DNA of 46,996 nt from an uncultured Clostridia bacterium. Its GTDB lineage: Bacteria; Bacillota; Clostridia; Christensenellales; UBA1242. Position 1 is the stretch's first letter. Every line of letters starts with the position of its first letter. Below, in pieces: positions 33,269 through 43,453 of this stretch. The notes under the pieces were generated by a model. It had not been told where the DNA came from. It saw only the letters and a program-made list of their open reading frames with translations, and did no database searches. A program made the position numbers and the translations under genes. Location of the stretch: assembly GCA_946484195.1 (NCBI GenBank), contig CAMLSW010000002.1:1-46996 (forward strand), in the 5' to 3' direction.

Positions 33269-33934
33269 GTGATAAGGATAAAGAATTTATTTTTGAGATA
33301 TACTAGGGAGTTTTATGCCCTCTACGATATTAATATTAACATTGCAAGTGGTGAGAGCGTCGCTTTTGTTGGCGAGGATGAAAGTGGCAAGACAAGCTTG
33401 CTTCGAATACTTGCCAAGCTTGAAAAATTGACAAAGGGCGAGGTGTATATTAAGGACATCCCTCTTGAAAAACTTAATTACAAGACCGACATCAACGCAG
33501 GCTATGTTCCAGCAACTCCAGTATTTTTAGAGAAAAAATCTGTATATGAAAATTTTAGGTATATCTTAAAAGGCTGGGAGCTGACTGAAAAGGAAATTGA
33601 AAACAAGATAAACAATACAATTATCGAGTATTCGCTTGAAAAGATTAAAGATACCAAACTAAAAGATTTGACTTTGGAAGAAAAGTATGTGCTATCTCTT
33701 ATAAGGCTATCACTTCGCGATAACTTAGAACTTCTTATGATTGACAATATCTTTGATAGGTTAAGCGAGCCGACTAAAGAGGTTGTATTTAATCTTATAA
33801 AGCAGTTAAAGACCAAAAAGACCACTTTAATAGTTGCAACGACAAAAGAAGACATAGCAAATGCTCTTTGCAAACGCAAAATTTACTTCAAATATGGCTC
33901 TGTTGTCGACAAGCTTGAGGATAAAGATAAATAA
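33269..33934 (+). CDS. ABC-type ATPase-like protein with degenerate catalytic motifs
   Basis: Walker A 'GEDESGKTS' is present. The signature position reads 'LTLEEKY' instead of LSGGQ. Walker B reads 'LLMIDN' (no catalytic Glu). GTG start. Confidence 0.7.
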   Translation: MIRIKNLFLRYTREFYALYDININIASGESVAFVGEDESGKTSLLRILAKLEKLTKGEVYIKDIPLEKLNYKTDINAGYVPATPVFLEKKSVYENFRYILKGWELTEKEIENKINNTIIEYSLEKIKDTKLKDLTLEEKYVLSLIRLSLRDNLELLMIDNIFDRLSEPTKEVVFNLIKQLKTKKTTLIVATTKEDIANALCKRKIYFKYGSVVDKLEDKDK

Positions 33935-34047
33935 TTTCTTTGCCAAAAATTGTTGTATAAAAAATTGTTATATATTAATATGAAAATATTTTTGATAAAG
34001 TCGATAAAATTTAAAAAATTAATAAATTTTAAAATATCAAGTTAAAA

Positions 34048-34078
34048 ACAAAAACTTAAGACAGAGCATCTTAAGTTT
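34048..34078. repeat. 31-nt direct repeat copy 1 (terminator-like hairpin)
   Basis: acaaaaacttaagacagagcatcttaagttt versus 34246-34276 (2 mismatches). Confidence 0.8.
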
Positions 34079-34230
34079 CAGACTGTAGACAAACTTCGCG
34101 ACCGAAAAATTACACGTAATTTTTCTTGCTTCGTTAACTGAAAAACGCCCAAAACCAGTCATTTAGGTATACTAAACTCCTGGCTTTGAGCATTTTTCGA
34201 GCCTTGCCTCGCTTGTTTCTCTACAGTCTG
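34079..34230. mobile_element. ~152-bp MITE-like palindromic insertion with 16-bp terminal inverted repeats
   Basis: cagactgtagacaaac ... gtttctctacagtctg. An internal 10-bp perfect hairpin gaaaaattac-ac-gtaatttttc. Inner arm aaaaacgcccaaaaccag / ctggctttgagcattttt pairs with G-U only on the minus strand. Confidence 0.45.
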
Positions 34231-34245
34231 TTAATTTGTCGACAC

Positions 34246-34276
34246 ACAAAAACTTAAGACAGAGTGTCTTAAGTTT
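34246..34276. terminator. 31-nt direct repeat copy 2; bidirectional terminator for the 34279-34743 gene
   Basis: cttaagaca-gag-tgtcttaag stem flanked by A5 and T7. Confidence 0.7.
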
Positions 34277-34278
34277 TT

Positions 34279-34743
34279 TTATAGCAGTAGTTCATCACTT
34301 GGCGGAGGAGTTTCGCTCTTTTCATTTAAGTTATCTTCTTTTGGCGTTGACATCATCTGGGCAAAGCTAGGGAGATTTTTTCCGCCCATCATCGAAAGTA
34401 GCATAGATAAAAAATTTTGATTTAAGTTATTATTCATATTTTGATTAAAGGGTGAATTTTGATTAAAGTTTGTATTCTGCTCAAAGAAATTATTAGTGTT
34501 TTGGTAGTTTTGTTGACCTTGCCCGCTTGGATTATATGTTTGATTATTAAAATTTTGATTGCCAGAGTTTGGGTAGGCGTTTTGACTAAAACTGCTGTTT
34601 GCGTTTAAGTTATTTTCTTTTGTTTGCAAGTCTGACGGATAATTGTCAAAAGCCGGGTTTTTAGGTGGCGGTTGCATATTTTGAGCGCCTCCTTGAAATC
34701 CATTAAACATCTTTGAAAGCATTTCCAAAAAAGAGTTATCCAT
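34279..34743 (-). CDS. Asn/Gln-rich low-complexity protein (154 aa)
   Basis: ORF dominated by N/Q/P/F runs ('NQNFNNQTYNPSGQGQQNYQNTNNFFEQNTNFNQN'). Confidence 0.6.
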   Translation of the reverse strand: MDNSFLEMLSKMFNGFQGGAQNMQPPPKNPAFDNYPSDLQTKENNLNANSSFSQNAYPNSGNQNFNNQTYNPSGQGQQNYQNTNNFFEQNTNFNQNSPFNQNMNNNLNQNFLSMLLSMMGGKNLPSFAQMMSTPKEDNLNEKSETPPPSDELLL

Positions 34744-34841
34744 ACTAAAGTTTATTCACTTATTTTGTAAAAGTTGAATAATATTTTTAAATAGTGTTAC
34801 CTTTAGCCTAGTTTGCATATATTGAAAATAGGAGATATATA

Positions 34842-35123
34842 ATGAAGCTATCAGATTACAAGCCAAACACTAATCAAAGTAATGCAAGTACAAGCGCCCA
34901 AAAAGAAGAGTTTTCAGAAAAAGACCTGCAAGATAAGTACAATCAATATAAGGATATGTCACAGTCCGAACTTAACAGCGAACTTTTCAAAGAGGTTGCA
35001 CGCCAAAAAAGTCAAGGCACATTTGACTATCAAAAACTTGCCAGTATGCTAGAGAGCCTTCGCGGGTCATTAAGCGAAGAAAATTATCAAAATATAAAAA
35101 GGATAATGGAAAGCCTCAAATGA
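34842..35123 (+). CDS. hypothetical small acidic protein (93 aa)
   Basis: AGGAGA RBS. ATGA overlap with the downstream protease gene. Confidence 0.65.
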   Translation: MKLSDYKPNTNQSNASTSAQKEEFSEKDLQDKYNQYKDMSQSELNSELFKEVARQKSQGTFDYQKLASMLESLRGSLSEENYQNIKRIMESLK

Positions 35124-36268
35124 TAAATCAAAAGATAGATAGGGTGCTATTTAATATTGTTCAGACTTTAGAAGATGGAAAAAGGTCAGAATGTATAATA
35201 AAAGCATATGATTACAAAAGATTAAAAAACATTTTAATACATAGAAATATAGAGATTTTAAATGAATATTTATTCATAAATTCCTTTCGCGTGCTTGCAA
35301 ACAGAAGGCAAATCTCCGCGCTTTGCAAACTTAGCCAGGTTAAGTATATCTCATCTGTAAGCACTGCGTCAACGCTTATGAATATTGCAAAAAAGATTTT
35401 AAAAGTCTCTGATATTTCCTTGACGGGAGAGGGGGTTGGCATTGCCTTTATTGACACTGGCATTTCTCAGCACGGCGATTTTTGTATAGGCGGGAAAAGG
35501 ATAAAGTATTTCAAAGATTTTGTAAACGACAAACCTCAGCCCTATGATGATAACGGACACGGCACATTTGTCGCTGGGGTATGTTCGGGTAATGGTGCAA
35601 TGTCGGCGGGCAAGTATAGCGGGGTTGCGCCTAAGGCTAATATAATATCACTTAAAGCCCTAAATGGCAGCGGCGAGGCAACTGCAGACAAAATCTTGAA
35701 TGCGATGGAATGGGTCTATGAAAATCATAAAGAGAAAAATATAAAGATTGTTTGTATGAGTTTTGGCAGTGACCCGCTAGGGGTTAATGACCCTATTATG
35801 TCGGGCGCTGAGGCTCTTTGGAAGGAGGGCGTCGTAGTTGTTGCCGCCGCCGGCAATAGCGGACCTGAATACCAAACTATAAAAAGTCCGGGAGTATCAA
35901 GTCAAATCATAACGGTAGGAGGCTTTGATGACAATAGAATTGATATAGAAGATTTTAACGAGAGTTTTTTTGAGGTTGCCGACTTTTCTTCTCGCGGTCC
36001 TGCATTCTCGCGGTTTAAGCCCGACCTTGTCGCGCCATCGGTCGACATAATCTCTTGCGGAAGGGCAAAGCCATACACAAGTTTAAGTGGAACCTCGGTT
36101 GCAACGCCGATGGTGGCTGGACTATGCGCCCTTCTTCTTGAAAAAGAACCGAGTTTAAAACCAATTGAAGTAAAAAGACTTCTTCTTAATTGTTGCACTC
36201 CCATTACATACAATAAAAATTTGGAAGGCTTTGGCTATCCAGTAATTTCAAAACTTTTTAAACAATAA
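35120..36268 (+). CDS. S8 family subtilisin-like serine protease
   Basis: Catalytic triad contexts 'AFIDTGI' (Asp), 'HGTFVAG' (His) and 'GTSVATPMVAG' (Ser). No signal peptide seen. Confidence 0.85.
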   Translation: MINQKIDRVLFNIVQTLEDGKRSECIIKAYDYKRLKNILIHRNIEILNEYLFINSFRVLANRRQISALCKLSQVKYISSVSTASTLMNIAKKILKVSDISLTGEGVGIAFIDTGISQHGDFCIGGKRIKYFKDFVNDKPQPYDDNGHGTFVAGVCSGNGAMSAGKYSGVAPKANIISLKALNGSGEATADKILNAMEWVYENHKEKNIKIVCMSFGSDPLGVNDPIMSGAEALWKEGVVVVAAAGNSGPEYQTIKSPGVSSQIITVGGFDDNRIDIEDFNESFFEVADFSSRGPAFSRFKPDLVAPSVDIISCGRAKPYTSLSGTSVATPMVAGLCALLLEKEPSLKPIEVKRLLLNCCTPITYNKNLEGFGYPVISKLFKQ

Positions 36269-36483
36269 AAATAATTAAAAAAATATAATTATTAAAAATT
36301 AATCAAAATCGACAAAAATTTCAAATAAAAACCATAAAAAATAGCAAAAATAAGGTATTTTGCTATTTTAAAAAATATTTAATTTAATTTTTTAATATTT
36401 GTTTAATTTCCTATTAATTTTTTAATTTTAATTAAAATAAAACATCAAAAACTCTTTAAAATACAAAAAATTAATCAAAAAAT

Positions 36484-37530
36484 TTATTTGCAATCACATT
36501 TAATTATTTTGATAATATTGTCACAAGCGTTATTTGTTTGTGATTTTTTCATATTTTTAATGTATTTTTCTCTATTTTTATATAAATTATTGATTTTAAT
36601 CAAAAATAAGTTATCATCATAGTCTTCTTCTGTCAGCACATCCGCGTAGCCTAATTTATTGAATAGTTTTGCATTTTCTATCTGGTCGCCACGAGAGCAT
36701 TTTTTAGAAAGTGGTATCAAAAGCATTGGTTTTTTGACGGCTAAAAATTCATTTATTGCACCTGACCCAGCCCTTGAAAGCACTATATCGGCAAGCGACA
36801 AAAAGTCGCCTATATTTTCGGCATAGTCAATTTGAATATAGTTTTTCTTATCTAAAGTTTTGACTTGTTGCTTTCCTGTTAGATGGATTACATTGAAGGT
36901 TTTAAGTAAACTATCAATATTATTTAGAACTTTGTTATTTATAAATTTGGCACCGCTAGACCCACCAACAACTAGTAAATTTGGCTTATTTTTATCGAGT
37001 TTGTCTAAAAAGTTTAAATTTTTCTTATTTCCGCAAAGCACCGCTTTTCTAATTGGTTGACCTGTAAAGATGCACTTGCTATCAATTTTGGTTGTCTGCT
37101 CAAAACTACAACACATATGCGTGCAACACTTTAATATGATTTTGTTTGCAAGTCCCATTGACAAATCTGATTCGTGACTGACGATAGGAAGCTTTAGCAT
37201 CTTTCCGGCAATAGCCACAGGCACAGACACAAACCCGCCTTTTGAAAAAATAATGTCCGGTTTTACCTCTTTTAAAATTTTTTTTGCCTCTCTAATAGAT
37301 TTTAAAAGTTTAAAGGGTATAAGCAGATTTGATAAAGTTAACTTTCGCTCGAGTTTGACCGGATGAATAGTGTGGTATGTTATATCGTCAAATTTAGAAA
37401 TTATCTTTTTCTCCATACCATCACCGCCGATATAGTGATAGGAAAACCCATCACCAAGCCCTTCTTTGATTGCTAGGTTTGGATAGATATGTCCTGCTGT
37501 ACCGCCTCCCGTAAAAACAATAGTCTTCAT
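36484..37530 (-). CDS. murG: undecaprenyldiphospho-muramoylpentapeptide beta-N-acetylglucosaminyltransferase MurG
   Basis: 'FTGGGTAGHIYPNLA' G-loop and 'GGSSGA'. ATG at 37530 follows AGGAGA; the track start at 37557 is a TTG. Confidence 0.85.
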   Translation of the reverse strand: MKTIVFTGGGTAGHIYPNLAIKEGLGDGFSYHYIGGDGMEKKIISKFDDITYHTIHPVKLERKLTLSNLLIPFKLLKSIREAKKILKEVKPDIIFSKGGFVSVPVAIAGKMLKLPIVSHESDLSMGLANKIILKCCTHMCCSFEQTTKIDSKCIFTGQPIRKAVLCGNKKNLNFLDKLDKNKPNLLVVGGSSGAKFINNKVLNNIDSLLKTFNVIHLTGKQQVKTLDKKNYIQIDYAENIGDFLSLADIVLSRAGSGAINEFLAVKKPMLLIPLSKKCSRGDQIENAKLFNKLGYADVLTEEDYDDNLFLIKINNLYKNREKYIKNMKKSQTNNACDNIIKIIKCDCK

Positions 37531-37855
37531 TTTGTCTCCTAAAGTTATCTTACGCAAATGACGATGATTTTATGCCAAAATTCGACAACTTTCTCAAATG
37601 TATAAATATTGAAATTTGTGTATAAATATACAACGAAGTAAACAATTATCCGCTTTAATCTCTATCTTTGCAATCAAGATATGCTCATAGATAAAACTTT
37701 AAAATCCTGCTATAATTTGTTTTTATAAAAATCGCCATTAACTTTAATTTTAAAAGCAGTTAAATATGTTTAGAATTATAAAAAGGACAATTTTGATTTT
37801 GGAAAAATAACAATTTATGCTATAATAGTAGTGAAATTGATATTTAGGAGATTTT

Positions 37856-39808
37856 ATGGCAGAGAAGAATTATGACGCAAAAGATATAGTTGTACTTGAA
37901 GGACTTGAAGCGGTTAGACTTAGACCTGGTATGTATATAGGCACGACAGGCTCAAAAGGTATGCATCATCTTCTTTGGGAAATTGTTGACAATGCAATAG
38001 ACGAGATTGCAAACGGCTATGGCGACACAATCACGATAACATTAAACGCCGATGGTTCGGCAACGGTTGAGGACAACGGTCGTGGTATACCAGTTGACGA
38101 GCATCCCACTCTTCACAAATCGGGTGTCGAGGTTGTTTATACCACACTTCACGCTGGCGGTAAATTCAATACCGACAACTACAAGTTCTCAGGCGGACTT
38201 CACGGTGTTGGTGCGTCTGTTACCAATGCGCTTTCCAAATGGTGCAATGTTACCGTTTATAAAAACGGCAAGGAATATTATATTGGCTTCCACTCTTACA
38301 CAGATGAGGATGGTAAAACTCATAGTGGTGTGCCAGTTGAGCCCTTAAAGATGATAGGTAAAACAAAAAAATCAGGCACAAAAGTGACATTTTTGCCTGA
38401 TAGTGATATGTTTGGCAATATCAAGTTTAATTTTGAGACTATTTGTTCTCGTGCAAGAGAGCTTGCCTTTTTAAATAAAGGACTTAAAATTGTTTTAAAA
38501 GATTTGAATACTGACAAAGAGGAAAGTTATCATTATGAGGGGGGCATTTCAGACTTTGTCGAGTATTTGGTTGAAGGCAAAAGCAAATTATTTAGCAAAC
38601 CTGTATATTTTGAGGCAGAAGATAAGAATTTTGACTTGCAGGTGGCTTTTATCTATACCGATGGCTATACTGAAAATTCGTTCTCATTTGTAAATAATAT
38701 TCCAACTATCGAAGGCGGTACTCACGAGACTGGTTTTAAAAGCGCCTTTACAAAGGTGATGAACGAGTATGCTCGTAGTAGCAATCTTTTGAAAGAAAAA
38801 GAGCAAAACCTACTTGGTGAAGACTTTAGAGAGGGTATTACCGTTGTTCTCAATGTCAAGATGAACAATGTTCAGTTTGAAGGACAGACAAAAACCAAAC
38901 TTGGCAATCCCGAGGCTAAAACCCTTGTTGAAAATCTTACAATAAAACAGCTCTCTCAATATTTCCAAGATAAAAAGCATTCAACTATTGCAGAGATTAT
39001 AGTAAACAAAGCAAAAGGTGCGGCTAAAGTTAGAGAGGCGGCAAAGAAGGCTAAGGAGCTTACTCGCGCCAAGAATTCAGCCGAAAACTTTAATCTTGTC
39101 GGCAAACTTGCTCAGGCAACGTCAAAAAATAGAGAGAATGCAGAGTTATTTATTGTTGAGGGTGACTCGGCAGGAGGCTCGGCAAAGCAAGGACGAGATA
39201 GGCGTTTTCAAGCCATCTTGCCACTTCGAGGCAAACCGCTAAACGCCGAGAAGAAGAGAATTGACCAAGTTCTTGCAAACGAAGAGATTAGAACGATTAT
39301 TTCAGCGTTGAATACTGGTATCGGCGAAGATTTTGACCTGTCAAGTTTAAGATATAACAAAGTTATCATCTTAAGCGATGCCGACCAAGACGGCGCACAT
39401 ATCAGAGCGATACTTTTAACCTTCTTCTTTAGGTATATGCGAGAGCTTATCAATGACGGACACGTATTTATCGGCTTGCCACCACTTTATCGTGTTTATA
39501 AGAAGGATTATAACGAGTATGTCTATTCTGACAATGAACTGCCTTCAGCAATTGCAAGGGCAGGACGAGGATATAGCCTTCAACGATATAAAGGTCTTGG
39601 GGAGATGAATCCAGAACAGCTTTGGGAAACTACGATGGACCCTGAGAAACGTAGTCTTGTGCAGGTGACTATCGAGGATGCAACCGAGGCTGAAAAGATG
39701 GTTACAACGCTTATGGGTGACGATATTGAGTCGCGTAAGAGATATATAAACGAGCACGCAAACTTTGATAGAGAGGACGAATTCTTAAAAAATTATAAGA
39801 AAATTTAA
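37856..39808 (+). CDS. parE: type IIA topoisomerase subunit B (GyrB/ParE family; C-terminus looks ParE-like)
   Basis: 'LEGLEAVRLRPGMYIG', 'EGDSAGGSAKQGRDR', 'PLRGK'. It ends '..RKRYINEHANFDREDEFLKNYKKI', without the GyrB-typical '..NLD(I/V)' end. Confidence 0.55.
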   Translation: MAEKNYDAKDIVVLEGLEAVRLRPGMYIGTTGSKGMHHLLWEIVDNAIDEIANGYGDTITITLNADGSATVEDNGRGIPVDEHPTLHKSGVEVVYTTLHAGGKFNTDNYKFSGGLHGVGASVTNALSKWCNVTVYKNGKEYYIGFHSYTDEDGKTHSGVPVEPLKMIGKTKKSGTKVTFLPDSDMFGNIKFNFETICSRARELAFLNKGLKIVLKDLNTDKEESYHYEGGISDFVEYLVEGKSKLFSKPVYFEAEDKNFDLQVAFIYTDGYTENSFSFVNNIPTIEGGTHETGFKSAFTKVMNEYARSSNLLKEKEQNLLGEDFREGITVVLNVKMNNVQFEGQTKTKLGNPEAKTLVENLTIKQLSQYFQDKKHSTIAEIIVNKAKGAAKVREAAKKAKELTRAKNSAENFNLVGKLAQATSKNRENAELFIVEGDSAGGSAKQGRDRRFQAILPLRGKPLNAEKKRIDQVLANEEIRTIISALNTGIGEDFDLSSLRYNKVIILSDADQDGAHIRAILLTFFFRYMRELINDGHVFIGLPPLYRVYKKDYNEYVYSDNELPSAIARAGRGYSLQRYKGLGEMNPEQLWETTMDPEKRSLVQVTIEDATEAEKMVTTLMGDDIESRKRYINEHANFDREDEFLKNYKKI

Positions 39809-39922
39809 GTTGTGCTATTCTATTTAAAAATAGATTAAATATTGAAAATTAACATAAAAACAGTGTAAAATTGATAAAAAATAAGCAAAAAACCTTAAAA
39901 AACTAAATATTTAGGAGAAATT

Positions 39923-42412
39923 ATGCAATACGAAAACGATTTTGAGCAAGAGCGAATGAACTATGGCGACGAGGATGTGACCGAGGAGGAAGAAACCTTT
40001 GCGCAGTCAGGTGATGGTGGTGAGGGCGAAAAGGGGATAATCTATAAGAGTATGAGCGAAGTGCTTCACGACTCTATGATACCTTATACCGAAACCGTTG
40101 TTATGGATAGAGCTCTTCCAAGAGTTGAAGATGGTCTAAAGCCTGTTCAGCGAAGGATATTGTATTCAATGCTTGAGCTAGGAGTAACACCAGACAAACC
40201 GCATAGAAAATCGGCAAGAATTGTCGGAGACTGTCTTGGTAAATATCACCCACACGGAGATATTTCTGTTTATGATGCAATGTGTCGTATGGCGCAGGAC
40301 TGGGTGCTTCGCGCTCCGCTTGTTGATGGACACGGAAACTTTGGCTCGGTTGATGGTGACTCTCCAGCCGCTATGCGTTATACAGAGGCAAGGCTTACTC
40401 CGCTTGCTATGGAGCTGATGCGTGACCTTGAAAAAGACACGGTTAGATGGAGCCTAAACTTTGACGACTCGTTAAAAGAGCCTGATATGATGCCGGGCAG
40501 ATTTCCAAACTTACTCGTAAATGGCGCGACTGGTATTGCGGTTGGCGTTGCAACAAATATTCCGCCTCACAATCTTGGCGAGACAATAGATGGCGTGGTG
40601 GCGTATATTGACAATCCAAATATCAAGCCTGAGCAACTTATGAAGATAATTAAAGCCCCAGATTTTCCGTCAGGCGGTGAGATAATTGATGTTGATGGCG
40701 GACTTGAGCAGGCATATAAGACAGGCAAAGGTAAGATTATTATTCGCGCCAAAGTTGCCATAGAAAAGAATGGCGACAAGATAAGTTTGGTGATAACCGA
40801 ACTTCCATACCAGGTAAACAAAGCCCAGCTTCTGCAAAAGATAGCCGAGCTTAAAGAGCAAAATAAGGACAAACTCTCTGCCATTACTGAAATTAGAGAC
40901 GAGTCTGACCGAAATGGTATGAGGGCGGTCATTCGTTTAAAAAAGGATGCAGATCCTAAAAAACTTCTTGAATATCTATATAAATCAACCAATCTTCAAA
41001 TCTCATATGGCATAAATATGGTCGCAATAGCTGGTGGTAAGCCTAAACAACTAAGCTTACTAGATATTGTCTCGTATTATGCTCAATATCAAAGAGAGAT
41101 TATCGTAAGGCGAACTAAGTATGACCTTAATATCACCAAAGAGCGTGCTCATATAGTTGAAGGTCTTTTAATAGCCATTAAAAATATTGATGAAGTTATC
41201 AAAATAATCAAAAAGTCGGCAACAGTTGGTGAGGCAAAGCAAAAACTTAAAGATAAGTTTGCATTGTCTGATAAGCAGGCTCAAGCCATCCTTGATATGC
41301 GCCTTGCAAGACTTGTTCACCTTGAAGTCAACAAACTTCAAGAGGAGCTTGCCGAGCTTAAGAAGAAGATTGCCGAATATGAGGCCATCCTTGCTTCTAA
41401 AAAAGCACAATTTGATGTTGTAAAGAAAGAAATACTCGAGATAAAAAAGGGTTATAACTCGCGCAGACGCTCGGTTATATCTGGTAGCAGTGAGATAGTG
41501 GTTGAGACTGTAAAGGATGAAAATGCTGATATTGACAAGAATTTTGTCGTTGCAATAACTGCTGGCAATACCATCAAGAAGGTCACGGCGAAGAATTATT
41601 CGATGAGTCAAAAGTCTCTCACTGACAACTCAACCATAACCGACGTGCCACTTCAGATTGAGAACCTCTCAGGTGGCGATACAATCTTTATCTTTACAAG
41701 CCAAGGCAATGTGATTAAAACTAATGTTGCAAACCTTAAGGAATGCAAATGGCGTGATAAGGGGCAATCGCTTTTATCTATTGAAAAGGGCGTTGTATTA
41801 AATGAAATACCTATTAAGATTATGAAGCTTACGCCAGAAGGCTCACTGCTGTTTATGACCAAACAAGGTATGGTTAAGAAGAGTAATATCAGCGACCTTA
41901 TCGTCAACAAAGCCTTCTATCAAGTGTGCAAGATGAATGAGGGTGACGAGGTTAAGAATGTTGAGATTGATAAAAACGGCAAGAGCATTTTAATGCTTAC
42001 GCGCAAGGGTATGTCGCTCAATTTTGAAAAGTCAGACGTGCCAACTCAAGGCAGAATTTCGGCGGGCGTTCGTGGAATAAACCTAGATGAAGGTGATAGC
42101 GTTATCTTTGCAAAACAAGTAGATTTTTCAGCCGTTGTAGTTGTAACAGATAATGGTTATATCAAGAAACTTTCGGTAAGCGAGTTTCCAACCTCGCAAC
42201 GATATAGAAAGGGCTTAAAATATATCAATTTTGCTAAGAATTGTCAAAATGTATTCTATGCTTGTGATGTTGATGGCAGTGCAACGCTCGCTGTTGATTT
42301 CGGGCTTAAAATTCTTCCAATGGATACCAAGAAAATCCCAGAGAGTGAACGCCTAACGACCGGCAGTGAAGTCATAAAAAAGAACTTCTTTACAATCAAT
42401 AAGATGGCATAG
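39923..42412 (+). CDS. parC: type IIA topoisomerase subunit A (GyrA/ParC family; ParC-like features)
   Basis: '[12 protein letters not shown]' (Gln as in ParC; GyrA normally has His), 'GKYHPHGD', '[10 protein letters not shown]'. No QRRGGKG GyrA-box seen. About 45-aa acidic N-terminal extension. Confidence 0.55.
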   Translation: MQYENDFEQERMNYGDEDVTEEEETFAQSGDGGEGEKGIIYKSMSEVLHDSMIPYTETVVMDRALPRVEDGLKPVQRRILYSMLELGVTPDKPHRKSARIVGDCLGKYHPHGDISVYDAMCRMAQDWVLRAPLVDGHGNFGSVDGDSPAAMRYTEARLTPLAMELMRDLEKDTVRWSLNFDDSLKEPDMMPGRFPNLLVNGATGIAVGVATNIPPHNLGETIDGVVAYIDNPNIKPEQLMKIIKAPDFPSGGEIIDVDGGLEQAYKTGKGKIIIRAKVAIEKNGDKISLVITELPYQVNKAQLLQKIAELKEQNKDKLSAITEIRDESDRNGMRAVIRLKKDADPKKLLEYLYKSTNLQISYGINMVAIAGGKPKQLSLLDIVSYYAQYQREIIVRRTKYDLNITKERAHIVEGLLIAIKNIDEVIKIIKKSATVGEAKQKLKDKFALSDKQAQAILDMRLARLVHLEVNKLQEELAELKKKIAEYEAILASKKAQFDVVKKEILEIKKGYNSRRRSVISGSSEIVVETVKDENADIDKNFVVAITAGNTIKKVTAKNYSMSQKSLTDNSTITDVPLQIENLSGGDTIFIFTSQGNVIKTNVANLKECKWRDKGQSLLSIEKGVVLNEIPIKIMKLTPEGSLLFMTKQGMVKKSNISDLIVNKAFYQVCKMNEGDEVKNVEIDKNGKSILMLTRKGMSLNFEKSDVPTQGRISAGVRGINLDEGDSVIFAKQVDFSAVVVVTDNGYIKKLSVSEFPTSQRYRKGLKYINFAKNCQNVFYACDVDGSATLAVDFGLKILPMDTKKIPESERLTTGSEVIKKNFFTINKMA

Positions 42413-42510
42413 AAGGCATATGTTGATGAAAGTGGGCGAAAGCAAAAATTTTAAAAGCTTTTAAAATTTTCTGAAAAAGTTTTTGCAAAACTTTTTCGGC
42501 AAACATTAAA

Positions 42511-43131
42511 ATGTTTGCACTTTCGCTAACAGGTTTTAATAATTCAACTATACCAAGAGACATTAAAATAATAGGAGATTCTGCATTCCATAATTGCAGT
42601 GGACTTACAAGTATCAGTTTACCATCAAGTTTAACAAGTATAGAAAGTTCTGCATTCTATCGTTGCAGTGGACTTACAGGAGAGCTAAACTTAGGAGGAT
42701 GTACAAGTTTAACAAGTATAGGAAGTTCTGCATTCTGGTCTTGCAGTAGACTCACAAGTATCAGTTTACCATCAAGTTTAACAAGTATAGGAAATAGGGC
42801 ATTCTATGGTTGCAGCGGACTTACAGGAGAATTGAATTTAAGTAATTGTACAAATTTAACAAGTATAGGGAGGGATGCATTCCAATATTGCAGTGGACTT
42901 ACAAGTGTAGATTTAAGCGGATGTACAAGTTTAACAAGTATAGGAAGTAATGCATTCCAAAATTGCAGTGCTTTAGAGTCAGTTGTTTTCCCTGAAGGTT
43001 CAACTGGGTGGTATGTGACAACTTCTTCAACTGCAACAAGTGGGACGGATGTTGATGTAACAAATTCTAGCACCAACGCAAGCAATCTTAATGGGCAGTA
43101 TCGCACTTACTACTGGAAACGCAATGCTTAA
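42511..43131 (+). CDS. BspA-type leucine-rich-repeat protein fragment lacking any signal/anchor (5'-truncated gene or cassette)
   Basis: The ORF opens directly inside an LRR unit ('NSTIPRDIKIIGDSAFHNCSGLTSISLPSSLTSI'). DNA repeats are nearly identical: the 36-nt block 42608-42643 equals 42755-42790. Confidence 0.6.
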   Translation: MFALSLTGFNNSTIPRDIKIIGDSAFHNCSGLTSISLPSSLTSIESSAFYRCSGLTGELNLGGCTSLTSIGSSAFWSCSRLTSISLPSSLTSIGNRAFYGCSGLTGELNLSNCTNLTSIGRDAFQYCSGLTSVDLSGCTSLTSIGSNAFQNCSALESVVFPEGSTGWYVTTSSTATSGTDVDVTNSSTNASNLNGQYRTYYWKRNA

Positions 43132-43281
43132 ATCTAGTCTTATTGGAGAGAGGTTAAAGTTAACATAATTTTTATAGGTACAAAAAATTTGTTTTTAATA
43201 TTTTAGAGGGTGGCTTTAAAACCTGTAAAATATATTTAATCAATAAACCCAAATGGTAAACAAAAAATCATTAATATTTTT

Positions 43282-43318
43282 TCTCTAGTGTAGGTTAAAT
43301 TACGCTAGAGATTTTTTT
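43282..43318 (+). terminator. rho-independent terminator
   Basis: tctctagtg / cgctagaga stem (one G-U pair) followed by T7. Confidence 0.7.
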
Positions 43319-43453
43319 ATTTTTAGTAATTTTTGGGTGAAAGCGTAAATATACATATGATAATGTTGAAAATACGACATAATACAACACCATTCAACAA
43401 TTTTATTTTTTGTAAATTTTTAAAATTATTTTATTATTAAAAGTGAGGTTTGT

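Noticed and set aside
42560-42990. CRISPR-like regular repeats
   Set aside because: The repeats are in-frame leucine-rich-repeat coding units (about 69-75 nt) inside an ORF, with no unique spacers. No cas genes or other CRISPR-like arrays occur in the window.
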